Shown here piece after piece: positions 10,077-17,734 of a DNA stretch of 27,888 bases (positions are counted from its first letter, which is position 1; each line of letters opens with the position of its first letter). The notes under the pieces are model-generated. The model searched no databases. It had not been told where the DNA came from and was given only the letters and a program-made list of their open reading frames with translations. Origin of the DNA: a virus (lineage: Duplodnaviria; Caudoviricetes); the IMG/VR virus record IMGVR_UViG_3300020043_003115, positions 1 to 27,888 of that record; one strand, written 5' to 3'. Position numbers and translations under genes: made by a program.

Positions 10077-10466
10077 ATGGTTTACTTAAATACAAATACT
10101 GCGAATCAAACATTGAGGTTGACACTCGATGAAGCTCGTCAATACTACGCGACAGCATTCACTGATTATTTGTTAATCATTTCGCATGAGGAGAATAGCA
10201 ATGTCGGAAATACACTTGCACAAGTGCCGCCTATTGTGAATGAAAACCAGCGTGCGACAACCTTAACTGTTACAACTGCGACACTAACTTTGCCTGGTCG
10301 CTATCGATATGAAGTTTATGGTCAAAATTCAAATAGTAATATTGACCCAAACGATGCGGTTGTGGTGGGAATATGTGAGCGCGGTTACTTATATTTGAAC
10401 GATTCAGGCATTTACTTTGAAGTGCCGACAATAACTATACAAGACGACATAATCTACAATGGATAA
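10077..10466 (+). CDS. Virion structural protein of unknown function, 129 aa
   Basis: Beta-rich with GRYRYEVYGQNS motif. Overlaps the portal start. Confidence 0.55.
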   Translation: MVYLNTNTANQTLRLTLDEARQYYATAFTDYLLIISHEENSNVGNTLAQVPPIVNENQRATTLTVTTATLTLPGRYRYEVYGQNSNSNIDPNDAVVVGICERGYLYLNDSGIYFEVPTITIQDDIIYNG

Positions 10467-12558
10467 CAACATAGTAAACGTCAAGCTGCAAGAATATCAA
10501 CCAGTCAGTTCAGTTGAGAGAGTTGATCGTGGTGGCTGGGTGGCATTCGGGGTGAACAATTTGTTCCCACAATACTTGCGCGAATTGAGTGAGTCAAGTC
10601 CGGTGCATGGTTCGTTGTGCATTTCCATCGGTGACATGATTGCCGGGAAAGGAATCACATCGAATGTTGGGCAGGATAGGATTGAAGCACTTGACGTTTA
10701 TGGGCAGTACTATGCAGCATCGCATGACTTCAAAAAGTATGGCGGTTATTTCGTTGAGGTGATTTATTCGAATGATAGAAAGAGCATCGCAAAGCTGCGA
10801 CACTTACCTTTTGAGGAATGTCGGATTGCAGTTGAAGGTGAGGACGAAGATGTAATTGGTATCTATCACAGCGAGGACTGGGCGAATACTCGCAAGAAAA
10901 AAAACAGACCGACATTCATTCCAAAGTTCAATCCAAGTATGGCAGTGAACGAGCCATCACAAGTGCTTTGGAAATTCAATTACACAAGTGGACAAATCTA
11001 CCCGAACCCTGATTATTGGAGTGCGGTTAACTACATAGAATTAGAGCGACAAATCGGAATGTACCACGTGAATAATATCATGAATGGTTTATTCCCTTCA
11101 TTTATTATTTCTTTTTTCAATGGTCAAATTCCACCAGACCAACAGTGGGATATGAAGAAGGACTGGGAAAGATTGCTCACAGGCGCCCGAAATGCAGGAA
11201 AGTTTTTGATGACTTTCAATGAGCGCGACACTCCAAAACCTGACATCACTGCATTCCCTTTGTCGGATGCGGATAAGCAATACACATTCTTAAGCGAAGA
11301 ATCCACCAACAAGGTAATGATAGCGCATAGGATTACCACTCCGCTCATCTTTGGTATTCGTACAAATACCGGATTCGGTTCGAATAAGGATGAGATGGCA
11401 ATCGGTTTAGAAATCTTCAACAACCAGGTAATTGAACCAGCACAAAGGTTAATTATCCGAGGGTTCACCGAGATTTTATCTTTTGAAATACCGAATGTTC
11501 AGCTCACAGTTGTTCCAAACACACCACTTACATTTCAGCAGGCACAACCAGTTCAACAAAGTGCCGTTTGCGATTGCGACTTAAAAAAAAAAGAATATAA
11601 GTTAGCTGAAGACAGCTACGAACCAACCGAAGAAATGGCAGCGGAAGCGGAGCTTGGTTTGAAGTGGCGCGATGAATACAATCGCGGTGGAACTGAAGTC
11701 GGTGTGGCACGTGCAAGGGATATATCAAACATGCGGAATCTATCCTTTGATACGGTCAAGCGGATGAACTCATATTTCTCACGACATGAAGTGGACAAAG
11801 AAGCTACCGGATGGAATGATGGCGAAGAAGGATTTCCCACGGCAGGAAGAATAGCGTGGCAACTTTGGGGCGGTGACGCTGGTCGTGATTGGGCAGCGCG
11901 AATAGTTGAGCGAGTGAACAAAGAGGAATTGAGCGAAAGCGAAGTTGCTGAAGAACTCATTGCACTCGGTGAGGATTGGAATGAAGACATGATTCTGATT
12001 GACACGTATGAAGTTGACTACGATACTGACGATGCAGAAAACCACGACCTTGACATGATTACTGCTCACGAACTTGCATCTACCGGAACTGCCAACCCAG
12101 CGTTCCCAAGTGAACAAGATGAAGTGATTAAGGGTAAACTATTCATGACACGCTACGTCTATCGTGGGGTCTTGAGTGATAACACACGCGAATTTTGCAG
12201 CAAGATGTTGAAGGCAAATAAGCTATATCGCAAAGAGGATATAATCGCGATGGGTGATCGTGCCGTGAACAAAGGATGGGGACCGAAAGGCGCAAGCACC
12301 TACGACATTTGGCTTTACAAGGGCGGTGGACATTGCAACCACTTTTGGCAGAAAGCTGTGTTCATGAGTGCGAAAGGTGGCAACATCAATCCACGTGGGA
12401 AAGATGCTCAAAGCATTGCGGTTAAGAAAGCCGAAAGCATGGGTTACAAGGTGCGGAATGAAGCACTTGTTGCTAAACTTCCGACTGACATGGACTATCA
12501 TGGATTCTTACCAACGAATCCGGTATGGGGTGCAAACGGTTCAGCATATAATAATTAA
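10459..12558 (+). CDS. Portal protein (N-terminal ~375 aa) fused to a helical domain and a MuF-like Cys/His domain, 699 aa
   Basis: FGVNNLFPQYL, SPVHGS..IAGKG, YPNPDY, NNIMNGLFPS, GARNAGK, AHRITTPLIFG and GFGSNKDE are portal motifs. The extension contains GRIAWQLWGGDAG and REFCSKM...KGGGHCNHFW. Confidence 0.85.
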   Translation: MDNNIVNVKLQEYQPVSSVERVDRGGWVAFGVNNLFPQYLRELSESSPVHGSLCISIGDMIAGKGITSNVGQDRIEALDVYGQYYAASHDFKKYGGYFVEVIYSNDRKSIAKLRHLPFEECRIAVEGEDEDVIGIYHSEDWANTRKKKNRPTFIPKFNPSMAVNEPSQVLWKFNYTSGQIYPNPDYWSAVNYIELERQIGMYHVNNIMNGLFPSFIISFFNGQIPPDQQWDMKKDWERLLTGARNAGKFLMTFNERDTPKPDITAFPLSDADKQYTFLSEESTNKVMIAHRITTPLIFGIRTNTGFGSNKDEMAIGLEIFNNQVIEPAQRLIIRGFTEILSFEIPNVQLTVVPNTPLTFQQAQPVQQSAVCDCDLKKKEYKLAEDSYEPTEEMAAEAELGLKWRDEYNRGGTEVGVARARDISNMRNLSFDTVKRMNSYFSRHEVDKEATGWNDGEEGFPTAGRIAWQLWGGDAGRDWAARIVERVNKEELSESEVAEELIALGEDWNEDMILIDTYEVDYDTDDAENHDLDMITAHELASTGTANPAFPSEQDEVIKGKLFMTRYVYRGVLSDNTREFCSKMLKANKLYRKEDIIAMGDRAVNKGWGPKGASTYDIWLYKGGGHCNHFWQKAVFMSAKGGNINPRGKDAQSIAVKKAESMGYKVRNEALVAKLPTDMDYHGFLPTNPVWGANGSAYNN

Positions 12559-12563
12559 ACACT

Positions 12564-13133
12564 ATGGCAGAAGTACTTTTTATATCAGAAAACTACATAA
12601 AAAAATACACGCAAGTGAACGGTGCGGTTGACCCGAACCTACTTTATCCAGCGGTGTATTTGAGTCAAGACAAATATCTTTCACCTTACTTGGGCGATTC
12701 ACTTTATAGTGAACTCAAAACGCAAATCGCAAACAATACCCTTGCAGGTGATTACCAAACTTTGGTAGATGACTACTGTCGCAAGGTTGTCCTTTGGTGG
12801 ACAATGGTGGAAGCAATCCCATCACTCACCTACAAGATGGACAACGGCACGTTGGTGCAAAGAACTTCGGAAGATGCTTCGCCAATCAGCGACACGGTCA
12901 TGAAGGATGCGATTGACCGCGCGAAATCAAATGCAGAATACTACACTGGCTTACTCGTTGACTACTTGTGCGCGAATAGTACGTTGTTTCCTGAATACTC
13001 AAATAACGTCTGGCCACAACGCTCACCCATCGGTGTAAAGAAGTCAAGTTCAAACTATTTATTTAGCAGTGGCAATAGCGCGATGAACACGCGAGGTCCG
13101 GTGTTTTCTAACTTATTGAGCAAACTTCCGTAA
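12564..13133 (+). CDS. Head-tail adaptor/connector-like protein, 189 aa
   Basis: VLFISENYIK..VNGAVD..LYPAVYLSQDKYLSPYLGDSLY motif. Follows the portal gene. Confidence 0.55.
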   Translation: MAEVLFISENYIKKYTQVNGAVDPNLLYPAVYLSQDKYLSPYLGDSLYSELKTQIANNTLAGDYQTLVDDYCRKVVLWWTMVEAIPSLTYKMDNGTLVQRTSEDASPISDTVMKDAIDRAKSNAEYYTGLLVDYLCANSTLFPEYSNNVWPQRSPIGVKKSSSNYLFSSGNSAMNTRGPVFSNLLSKLP

Positions 13134-13141
13134 ACACATAC

Positions 13142-13261
13142 ATGAACGAACAACAACTGAAGCAATACAAAAAAGAAACTGAAGCGTTGAGAGCTTACGA
13201 GCGTGAGATGCTAAAAAAATTACAAAAGAATGAACCTAAACTTCAACCCGTTCGACGCTGA
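13142..13261 (+). CDS. Small helical protein, 39 aa (not in ORF track)
   Basis: MNEQQLKQYKKETEALRAYEREMLKKLQKNEPKLQPVRR. Fills the gap between the adaptor and the membrane genes. Confidence 0.45.
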   Translation: MNEQQLKQYKKETEALRAYEREMLKKLQKNEPKLQPVRR

Positions 13262-13457
13262 TTTCAGTGAGCCGGGTTTCACATTTCTGAAATCCACTAC
13301 GCTACTCATGATAGGCACTTTGCTTGAAGGTTTGCAGGGTACACACTTGCCACCAATCGTGATAGAACTGGCAAAAGTTCTTGCCTATCTTGGTGCATCG
13401 GTAGCGTTTTTCAAGTTTCTTGGAGCGTTCTTTAGCGGAACACCACATGAGAAGTGA
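13230..13457 (+). CDS. Small membrane protein, holin candidate, 75 aa
   Basis: Two hydrophobic stretches (TLLMIGTLL; IVIELAKVLAYLGASVAFFKFLGAFF). Upstream of the endolysin. Confidence 0.55.
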   Translation: MNLNFNPFDADFSEPGFTFLKSTTLLMIGTLLEGLQGTHLPPIVIELAKVLAYLGASVAFFKFLGAFFSGTPHEK

Positions 13458-13659
13458 TGTTATCACAATAGCGGTTATCGTTGCAGTGTTTTTCCTGCTT
13501 GTAATTTATTACGACCATGTGCTTGTAAAGCGGATGTTCAATGCAAGTAAGGAGAGAATCAACAAGATGTATGATAGTGCGAAAGCATTTTTGTTCATTC
13601 ACTTTGTTGACAACACCACAACCGATTCAGACGATTCAGACATTAACGAAATAAACTAA
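13447..13659 (+). CDS. Small membrane protein with N-terminal TM helix and acidic tail, 70 aa
   Basis: ATG 13447 gives MRSDVITIAVIVAVFFLLVIYY...DSDDSDINEIN. Confidence 0.55.
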   Translation: MRSDVITIAVIVAVFFLLVIYYDHVLVKRMFNASKERINKMYDSAKAFLFIHFVDNTTTDSDDSDINEIN

Positions 13660-13660
13660 C

Positions 13661-13795
13661 ATGGAAGAACTAACTAATCCCGGAAGCGGTGACTTACTTC
13701 GCGAACTTATTTTAATTGTTGCAGGATTGATCATCCGGGCGATTGAAAAAAGAAGGTTGAAGAAATCTTTGCAGAATGCCGAGTCGCAAGGTTGA
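13661..13795 (+). CDS. Small membrane-associated protein, 44 aa (not in ORF track)
   Basis: MEELTNPGSGDLLRELILIVAGLIIRAIEKRRLKKSLQNAESQG: hydrophobic core followed by a basic tail. Overlaps the endolysin start. Confidence 0.55.
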   Translation: MEELTNPGSGDLLRELILIVAGLIIRAIEKRRLKKSLQNAESQG

Positions 13796-14156
13796 GGATC
13801 TTGTAAAAGAGTTGCAGGATGCGTGGCGAGTGTCACTTGTTGCTTATGCCACAACGTACCCGGACCTTCCGCAACCATTCATCACTTGCACTTATCGAAG
13901 TCCTGAAGAACAACTTGAACTATACGCTCAAGGTCGCACGAAACCGGGCAAGATTGTCACGCAATTAAAGTCAGGCAGCAAGCACAACACTAACCCATCG
14001 CGAGCTTTCGACATTGCTTTCCAAAAAGATGGTCGGTTGTACTGGGATAAAAAGCATTTCATCAGGTTTGCTGCCATCATTAAGTCCATCAATCCTGCGG
14101 TAAAGTGGGGCGGTGACTGGAAGAAGTGGAAAGATTACCCACACTATGAATTATGA
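13776..14156 (+). CDS. Endolysin, M15-family L-Ala-D-Glu peptidase (CwlK/Ply500-like)
   Basis: YRSPEEQLELYAQGRTKPGKIVT, SKH..SRAFD (SxHx6D), WGGDW...DYPHYEL motifs. Confidence 0.9.
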   Translation: MPSRKVEDLVKELQDAWRVSLVAYATTYPDLPQPFITCTYRSPEEQLELYAQGRTKPGKIVTQLKSGSKHNTNPSRAFDIAFQKDGRLYWDKKHFIRFAAIIKSINPAVKWGGDWKKWKDYPHYEL

Positions 14157-15178
14157 ATAGTAAATACCGGACATACTTTGAGATTGTTCTAAATTCGAAC
14201 AAAGATGAATCATATCGCAGTCAACTCATGCGCATCCACAACGCAATCAGCCCAGCGAGTTGCACGTTTCGGAGCTTCTACACGAAGTTCAAAATTTACA
14301 AGGGGGCGAAAGCGAAGATGAAGTTCAAAGAACAAACTGCTGCGCCTATACCTTCAAACGCATTTAGTTCAATTTTAAGCACACTTAAACCAGACCCGAA
14401 TCCGTTGAGCTTACCTGCATCACGCGAGTCGGTTTATACGGCTTTTAAGTTGCCTAAAACTGCGAATGATATTTTGTTGCTTTCGGATATTCACGTGCCT
14501 TACCACAACATCGAAGCATTAACCCTCGCTTTGAAGTACGGCATTCAGCACAACGTGAATACAATCATTCTCAATGGTGACTTAATTGACTTCTACGCAA
14601 TCAGTCGCTTTGAGAAAGACCCTCGCAAACGTGATTTAGCGCATGAAGTGAATACATGTAGAGAGTTTCTGACGGTCTTGCGCAAGTTGTTTCCTACGCA
14701 TGAAATCTATTTCAAGTGTGGGAATCACGATGTGCGCTTTGAACACTACATAATGAGGCAGGCACCTGACCTTTTAGGACTGGGTGAATACAATCTCCAG
14801 TCACTGCTTCAACTTGAACAGCATCGAATCACTTTTATTCCTGATAAACAAATCATTCATGCAGGGCAATTAACAATTCTGCATGGGCATGAGTTAGGTA
14901 AGTCGGTATTCAGTCCGGTAAACGTGGCGCGGTCGCTTTATATGAAAGCAAAGGATAACGCTATTTGCGGTCATCACCATCAGACAAGTGAACACACCGA
15001 ACCTTCTATAAATGGTAAGGTTGTAACGTGTTGGAGTGTTGCCTGTTTGAGCGAGCTTTCACCCGATTACCATCCGGTGGGGAATAAATACACTCATGGT
15101 TTTGCTCACATCAAGGTGGATGCGAACGGTGACTTTGAAGTAAACAATCTGCGAATCGTCAAAGGCAAGATTCGTTAA
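14153..15178 (+). CDS. Calcineurin-like metallophosphoesterase, 341 aa
   Basis: All five MPP motifs are present: SDIH, NGDLID, GNHD, HGH, GHHH. Confidence 0.9.
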   Translation: MNSKYRTYFEIVLNSNKDESYRSQLMRIHNAISPASCTFRSFYTKFKIYKGAKAKMKFKEQTAAPIPSNAFSSILSTLKPDPNPLSLPASRESVYTAFKLPKTANDILLLSDIHVPYHNIEALTLALKYGIQHNVNTIILNGDLIDFYAISRFEKDPRKRDLAHEVNTCREFLTVLRKLFPTHEIYFKCGNHDVRFEHYIMRQAPDLLGLGEYNLQSLLQLEQHRITFIPDKQIIHAGQLTILHGHELGKSVFSPVNVARSLYMKAKDNAICGHHHQTSEHTEPSINGKVVTCWSVACLSELSPDYHPVGNKYTHGFAHIKVDANGDFEVNNLRIVKGKIR

Positions 15179-15342
15179 CACGTGCCGAGCAAATACCCTC
15201 GATGCCCGGTGAGTTGGTAGAGTCGGAGTGAGCAATCGACAAACGCTTCCTCATCAAGCATTCCAATCTCATCATTTTTTAGCAGTGCTTTTCTTTGCTT
15301 TCGGAGTCTTGCTATCTCCGCGATTTGTTCCGGGGTGTACAT
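15175..15342 (-). CDS. Small hypothetical protein, 55 aa (not in ORF track)
   Basis: MYTPEQIAEIARLRKQRKALLKNDEIGMLDEEAFVDCSLRLYQLTGHRGYLLGTC. Its stop overlaps the convergent phosphoesterase stop (TTAA at 15175-15178). Confidence 0.55.
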   Translation of the reverse strand: MYTPEQIAEIARLRKQRKALLKNDEIGMLDEEAFVDCSLRLYQLTGHRGYLLGTC

Positions 15343-15877
15343 GTTCAATCTTGGTTTTGTAGTGACTAATTAACGCTTGTATTTCGGGTATCGTATAACG
15401 CTTCTCAATCGTTTTATCAACGTCTAATTGTTCAACCGCTTCAAGACCTATGCGGTTTATTAATCCGTCTCTATACGCAAGCAAATTGCCATGTCTGAAC
15501 TGGTTGCATGTAACACATTGACCATGCACGTTCATTTCATTAAACCGCAGATTCGGAGTTGAACCGACCGAGTAGAAGTGCCCAGCATCAAACTTTCCCT
15601 TGAGTGGTTTGCCACAACTGATGCAAGGTTTGTGCGCATCGCGTGTGCGGATGAACTTATTGAATACTGCCTGAAGTTTTTTCTTCCATTCTGCAAGGGT
15701 AATCAGTTCGGATTTCCTGCGCTTCATTTCGGATTTCTGCGCTTTCTCATTCACTTGCTTTGCATATTCAATGATGCAATCCGGGTTGAGACACGTGGCT
15801 TGTAACGAGCTGAATCGTGGCTTGAATTTCTCTTTACAAATCTTGCATTTTCTCACGTCCACTTGATTTGTTCGCAC
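15272..15877 (-). CDS. ninG: NinG/Rap-family recombination endonuclease
   Basis: CKIC...C.NPDC, LQAVFNKFIRTRD..PCISCG, DAGHFYSVGS.PNLRFNE.NVHGQC..CN motifs. Confidence 0.9.
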   Translation of the reverse strand: MRTNQVDVRKCKICKEKFKPRFSSLQATCLNPDCIIEYAKQVNEKAQKSEMKRRKSELITLAEWKKKLQAVFNKFIRTRDAHKPCISCGKPLKGKFDAGHFYSVGSTPNLRFNEMNVHGQCVTCNQFRHGNLLAYRDGLINRIGLEAVEQLDVDKTIEKRYTIPEIQALISHYKTKIEHVHPGTNRGDSKTPKAKKSTAKK

Positions 15878-16086
15878 TTCAGATTTGCGAGTATTGTACC
15901 CACAATTATTTCGCGCTGAACTTCGGTGGCTTCGGTTTTTAATTCTACCGAGTTTTTGTGTTCTCCGTTGATGGAACGGATGAGTTCAAAGTCCCATTGA
16001 ATGTTTTCGCTCCCGGCAACACACATTGTGATTGTGCCTGCATGGTATTCAATTCTCTTGTGGGGTTTGGTTTGTACTTGTATCAT
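15853..16086 (-). CDS. Hypothetical protein
   Basis: ORF in the packed leftward operon. Confidence 0.5.
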   Translation of the reverse strand: MIQVQTKPHKRIEYHAGTITMCVAGSENIQWDFELIRSINGEHKNSVELKTEATEVQREIIVGTILANLKCEQIKWT

Positions 16087-16285
16087 TGTCTTGTTGTTTG
16101 GTTAATTCTTTTTTCATGTCTTCTGCGCCTGCTATATACGCATTGATGAAATACTCGCGCTCCATTTGTAACAAATCTATACAGTAATTTGTTACGTCTT
16201 GGTAGATGCTGGCAGCTATTGCCTTGCGGTTTTTGTTTGCCTTACTTGTATAGTGAGCAATCAGGTTTTCGAGCGGTGTATTCAA
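16049..16285 (-). CDS. Hypothetical protein
   Basis: ORF in the packed operon. The LQMEREYFINAYIAG motif resembles small Bacteroidota phage proteins. Confidence 0.55.
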   Translation of the reverse strand: MNTPLENLIAHYTSKANKNRKAIAASIYQDVTNYCIDLLQMEREYFINAYIAGAEDMKKELTKQQDNDTSTNQTPQEN

Positions 16286-16536
16286 TTCAATGATGCTTTA
16301 ATTGGCATGTGTTCACTATTAAGGAAACATGCGGTGAATCTTCCTTTGTCATCTTCAGCAGTTCCGACCTCAACTATCGGTTGGTAGAGCTTCATGCGTT
16401 CCTGATTGATCACAACATAAACTGGTGTGTCGGGGTGGAATGCTTCAAGCAGGATGATGAGGTCTTCAACTGTCACAATATTAGAACGGCAAATCTCCTG
16501 AATCTTCCTTTCTGAATGCAGGACTTTTTTGCTCAC
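16282..16536 (-). CDS. Hypothetical protein
   Basis: TVEDLIILLEAFHPDTPVYV motif. 4-nt overlap with the next gene. Confidence 0.55.
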   Translation of the reverse strand: MSKKVLHSERKIQEICRSNIVTVEDLIILLEAFHPDTPVYVVINQERMKLYQPIVEVGTAEDDKGRFTACFLNSEHMPIKASLN

Positions 16537-16729
16537 CGGGTTTTTGATATGGTGCTGAAAACTTTATTGAAAGGTATGTTCCCTTCGCACCTTGCTTCAC
16601 CCATGCAGCAATTTCTTTTTCCACTCCGTTCACTTTGGCTGATCCTCGGTAGTCGGGTTGCTTGTCTCCATCTTGCTTTTTGTTATTGCGAAATAGATTT
16701 CCGCTATTGTCTTGTAGTTCGTATGACAT
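16481..16729 (-). CDS. Single-stranded DNA-binding protein (DUF736-like) with DLPF tail
   Basis: GNLFRNNKK...QPDYRG...AAWVKQG..GTYLSIKF and an SSB-like acidic C-terminus DSGDLPF. Confidence 0.75.
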   Translation of the reverse strand: MSYELQDNSGNLFRNNKKQDGDKQPDYRGSAKVNGVEKEIAAWVKQGAKGTYLSIKFSAPYQKPGEQKSPAFRKEDSGDLPF

Positions 16730-16922
16730 AATTCTTTAGGTTTATTAATCTTGTGATGTATGGCTCGCAGCTTGGTAAGTGATGATTGTTTTTTACATGT
16801 TCCAAATGAATCCGCAAACAGTGCGCAACGTCCAACACTTTCACATGTGGAGCGGGCTTGTACACTGTCTGCGGAATATCATGCTTTAGTAATTCTTCAA
16901 CCTCTGCGATAAGTTTTGACAC
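16704..16922 (-). CDS. Hypothetical protein (~72 aa)
   Basis: The probable start is GTG 16922, because the upstream part of the track ORF is occupied by the RHH gene. Confidence 0.45.
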   Translation of the reverse strand: MSKLIAEVEELLKHDIPQTVYKPAPHVKVLDVAHCLRIHLEHVKNNHHLPSCEPYITRLINLKNYVIRTTRQ

Positions 16923-17061
16923 TTGACTTTGGCTCGGTGAGGATGCGCTCACGGATAAAGTCGGCAACGGTTTGTTTTTGTTTTTTTGCAAGGGATGCAA
17001 TTTTCTTTTTGTCGCTGGTGCTTACTCTTGCACTCACGCGAAGGGTTTTTGTTTTACTCAT
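16897..17061 (-). CDS. Ribbon-helix-helix (Arc/CopG-like) DNA-binding protein, 54 aa (not in ORF track)
   Basis: MSKTKTLRVSARVSTSDKKKIASLAKKQKQTVADFIRERILTEPKSSVKTYRRG: alternating beta strand, helix A, then a TVADFIRE helix B. Confidence 0.7.
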   Translation of the reverse strand: MSKTKTLRVSARVSTSDKKKIASLAKKQKQTVADFIRERILTEPKSSVKTYRRG

Positions 17062-17266
17062 TTGTAGTTATATATAGTTTATCTTGATTGTGATTTAATA
17101 GGATTGCAGCTTTCTTCCCGGTGCTTTGTTCGATTCGTCTCATGCGCAGCTCCAGTGCTTCGATTATTTGCACGGATGTTTCACTGTCTTGCAGGATGTC
17201 ATCAATGACATTCAAAACATCTTCGCCATTGTGCCACTCACTCAACTCGCTTTCTGATTTCTTCAT
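17054..17266 (-). CDS. Hypothetical protein
   Basis: ORF overlapping both neighbours in the operon. Confidence 0.5.
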   Translation of the reverse strand: MKKSESELSEWHNGEDVLNVIDDILQDSETSVQIIEALELRMRRIEQSTGKKAAILLNHNQDKLYITTNE

Positions 17267-17399
17267 GCAGTAAATGTAATTCGTTTATTACTTGGTCAAC
17301 GGATGCAAAGAGTGCTTCGCAACGCTCCAGCAGTTCATCAGTTGACATTGATGTATAATTAACTTGTACGTTTGCAGTTATATCAGTCGTGTAATTCAT
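17238..17399 (-). CDS. Hypothetical protein (~53 aa)
   Basis: The likely start is ATG 17399 (MNYTTDIT...). The upstream part of the track ORF shadows the next gene. Confidence 0.45.
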   Translation of the reverse strand: MNYTTDITANVQVNYTSMSTDELLERCEALFASVDQVINELHLLHEEIRKRVE

Positions 17400-17406
17400 A
17401 CCACAA

Positions 17407-17625
17407 TTATAGTAAGTCAATCTTGTATTCCGCGCATAGCTGAAACAATTCTTCACGCAATTTTTCCACCACTTCATAAACTTCCGGGGTGTGGCTTTCA
17501 TACTTGTAGATGCTTCGCATACGCTGGCTGATTTCATTCAGGACGTGTACGGCATCGCTCCCATGTATCGCCTGCATGAACTCTGCTTGTTCTTCAGGCA
17601 GGTTGAATATCAGTTGTGCTTTCAT
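17407..17625 (-). CDS. Conserved small phage protein (MKAxLxFNLPEE type)
   Basis: MKAQLIFNLPEEQAEF...MRSIYKY motif. Confidence 0.65.
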   Translation of the reverse strand: MKAQLIFNLPEEQAEFMQAIHGSDAVHVLNEISQRMRSIYKYESHTPEVYEVVEKLREELFQLCAEYKIDLL

Positions 17626-17670
17626 CGTGTTTCTTTTTTTTACTTTTTATCGGACAAAACTGAATTGAAA

Positions 17671-17729
17671 ATCATACCTTATCGGGTATTATTCGCGTTA
17701 GTGAATGACTTATCATACCTTATCGGGTA
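17671..17729. repeat. 18-bp exact direct repeat with palindromic core, 23-bp spacer
   Basis: ATCATACCTTATCGGGTA at 17671-17688 and 17712-17729. Confidence 0.9.
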
Positions 17730-17734
17730 CGTAT

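Noticed and set aside
10897-10904. A8 run inside the portal core as a slippage site
   Set aside because: It is shorter than typical slippage tracts and lies mid-domain, where a shift would destroy the portal. Similar A8/T8 runs occur elsewhere in the window.
29-13878. Many minus-strand and alternate-frame ORFs of 60-130 aa over the structural genes
   Set aside because: They are shadows of well-supported + strand genes and have no recognisable motifs.
17671-17729. Mini-CRISPR array (repeat-spacer-repeat)
   Set aside because: There are only two 18-bp repeats with a 23-bp self-folding spacer, shorter than CRISPR units, and no cas genes or leader. Kept as an unexplained repeat instead.
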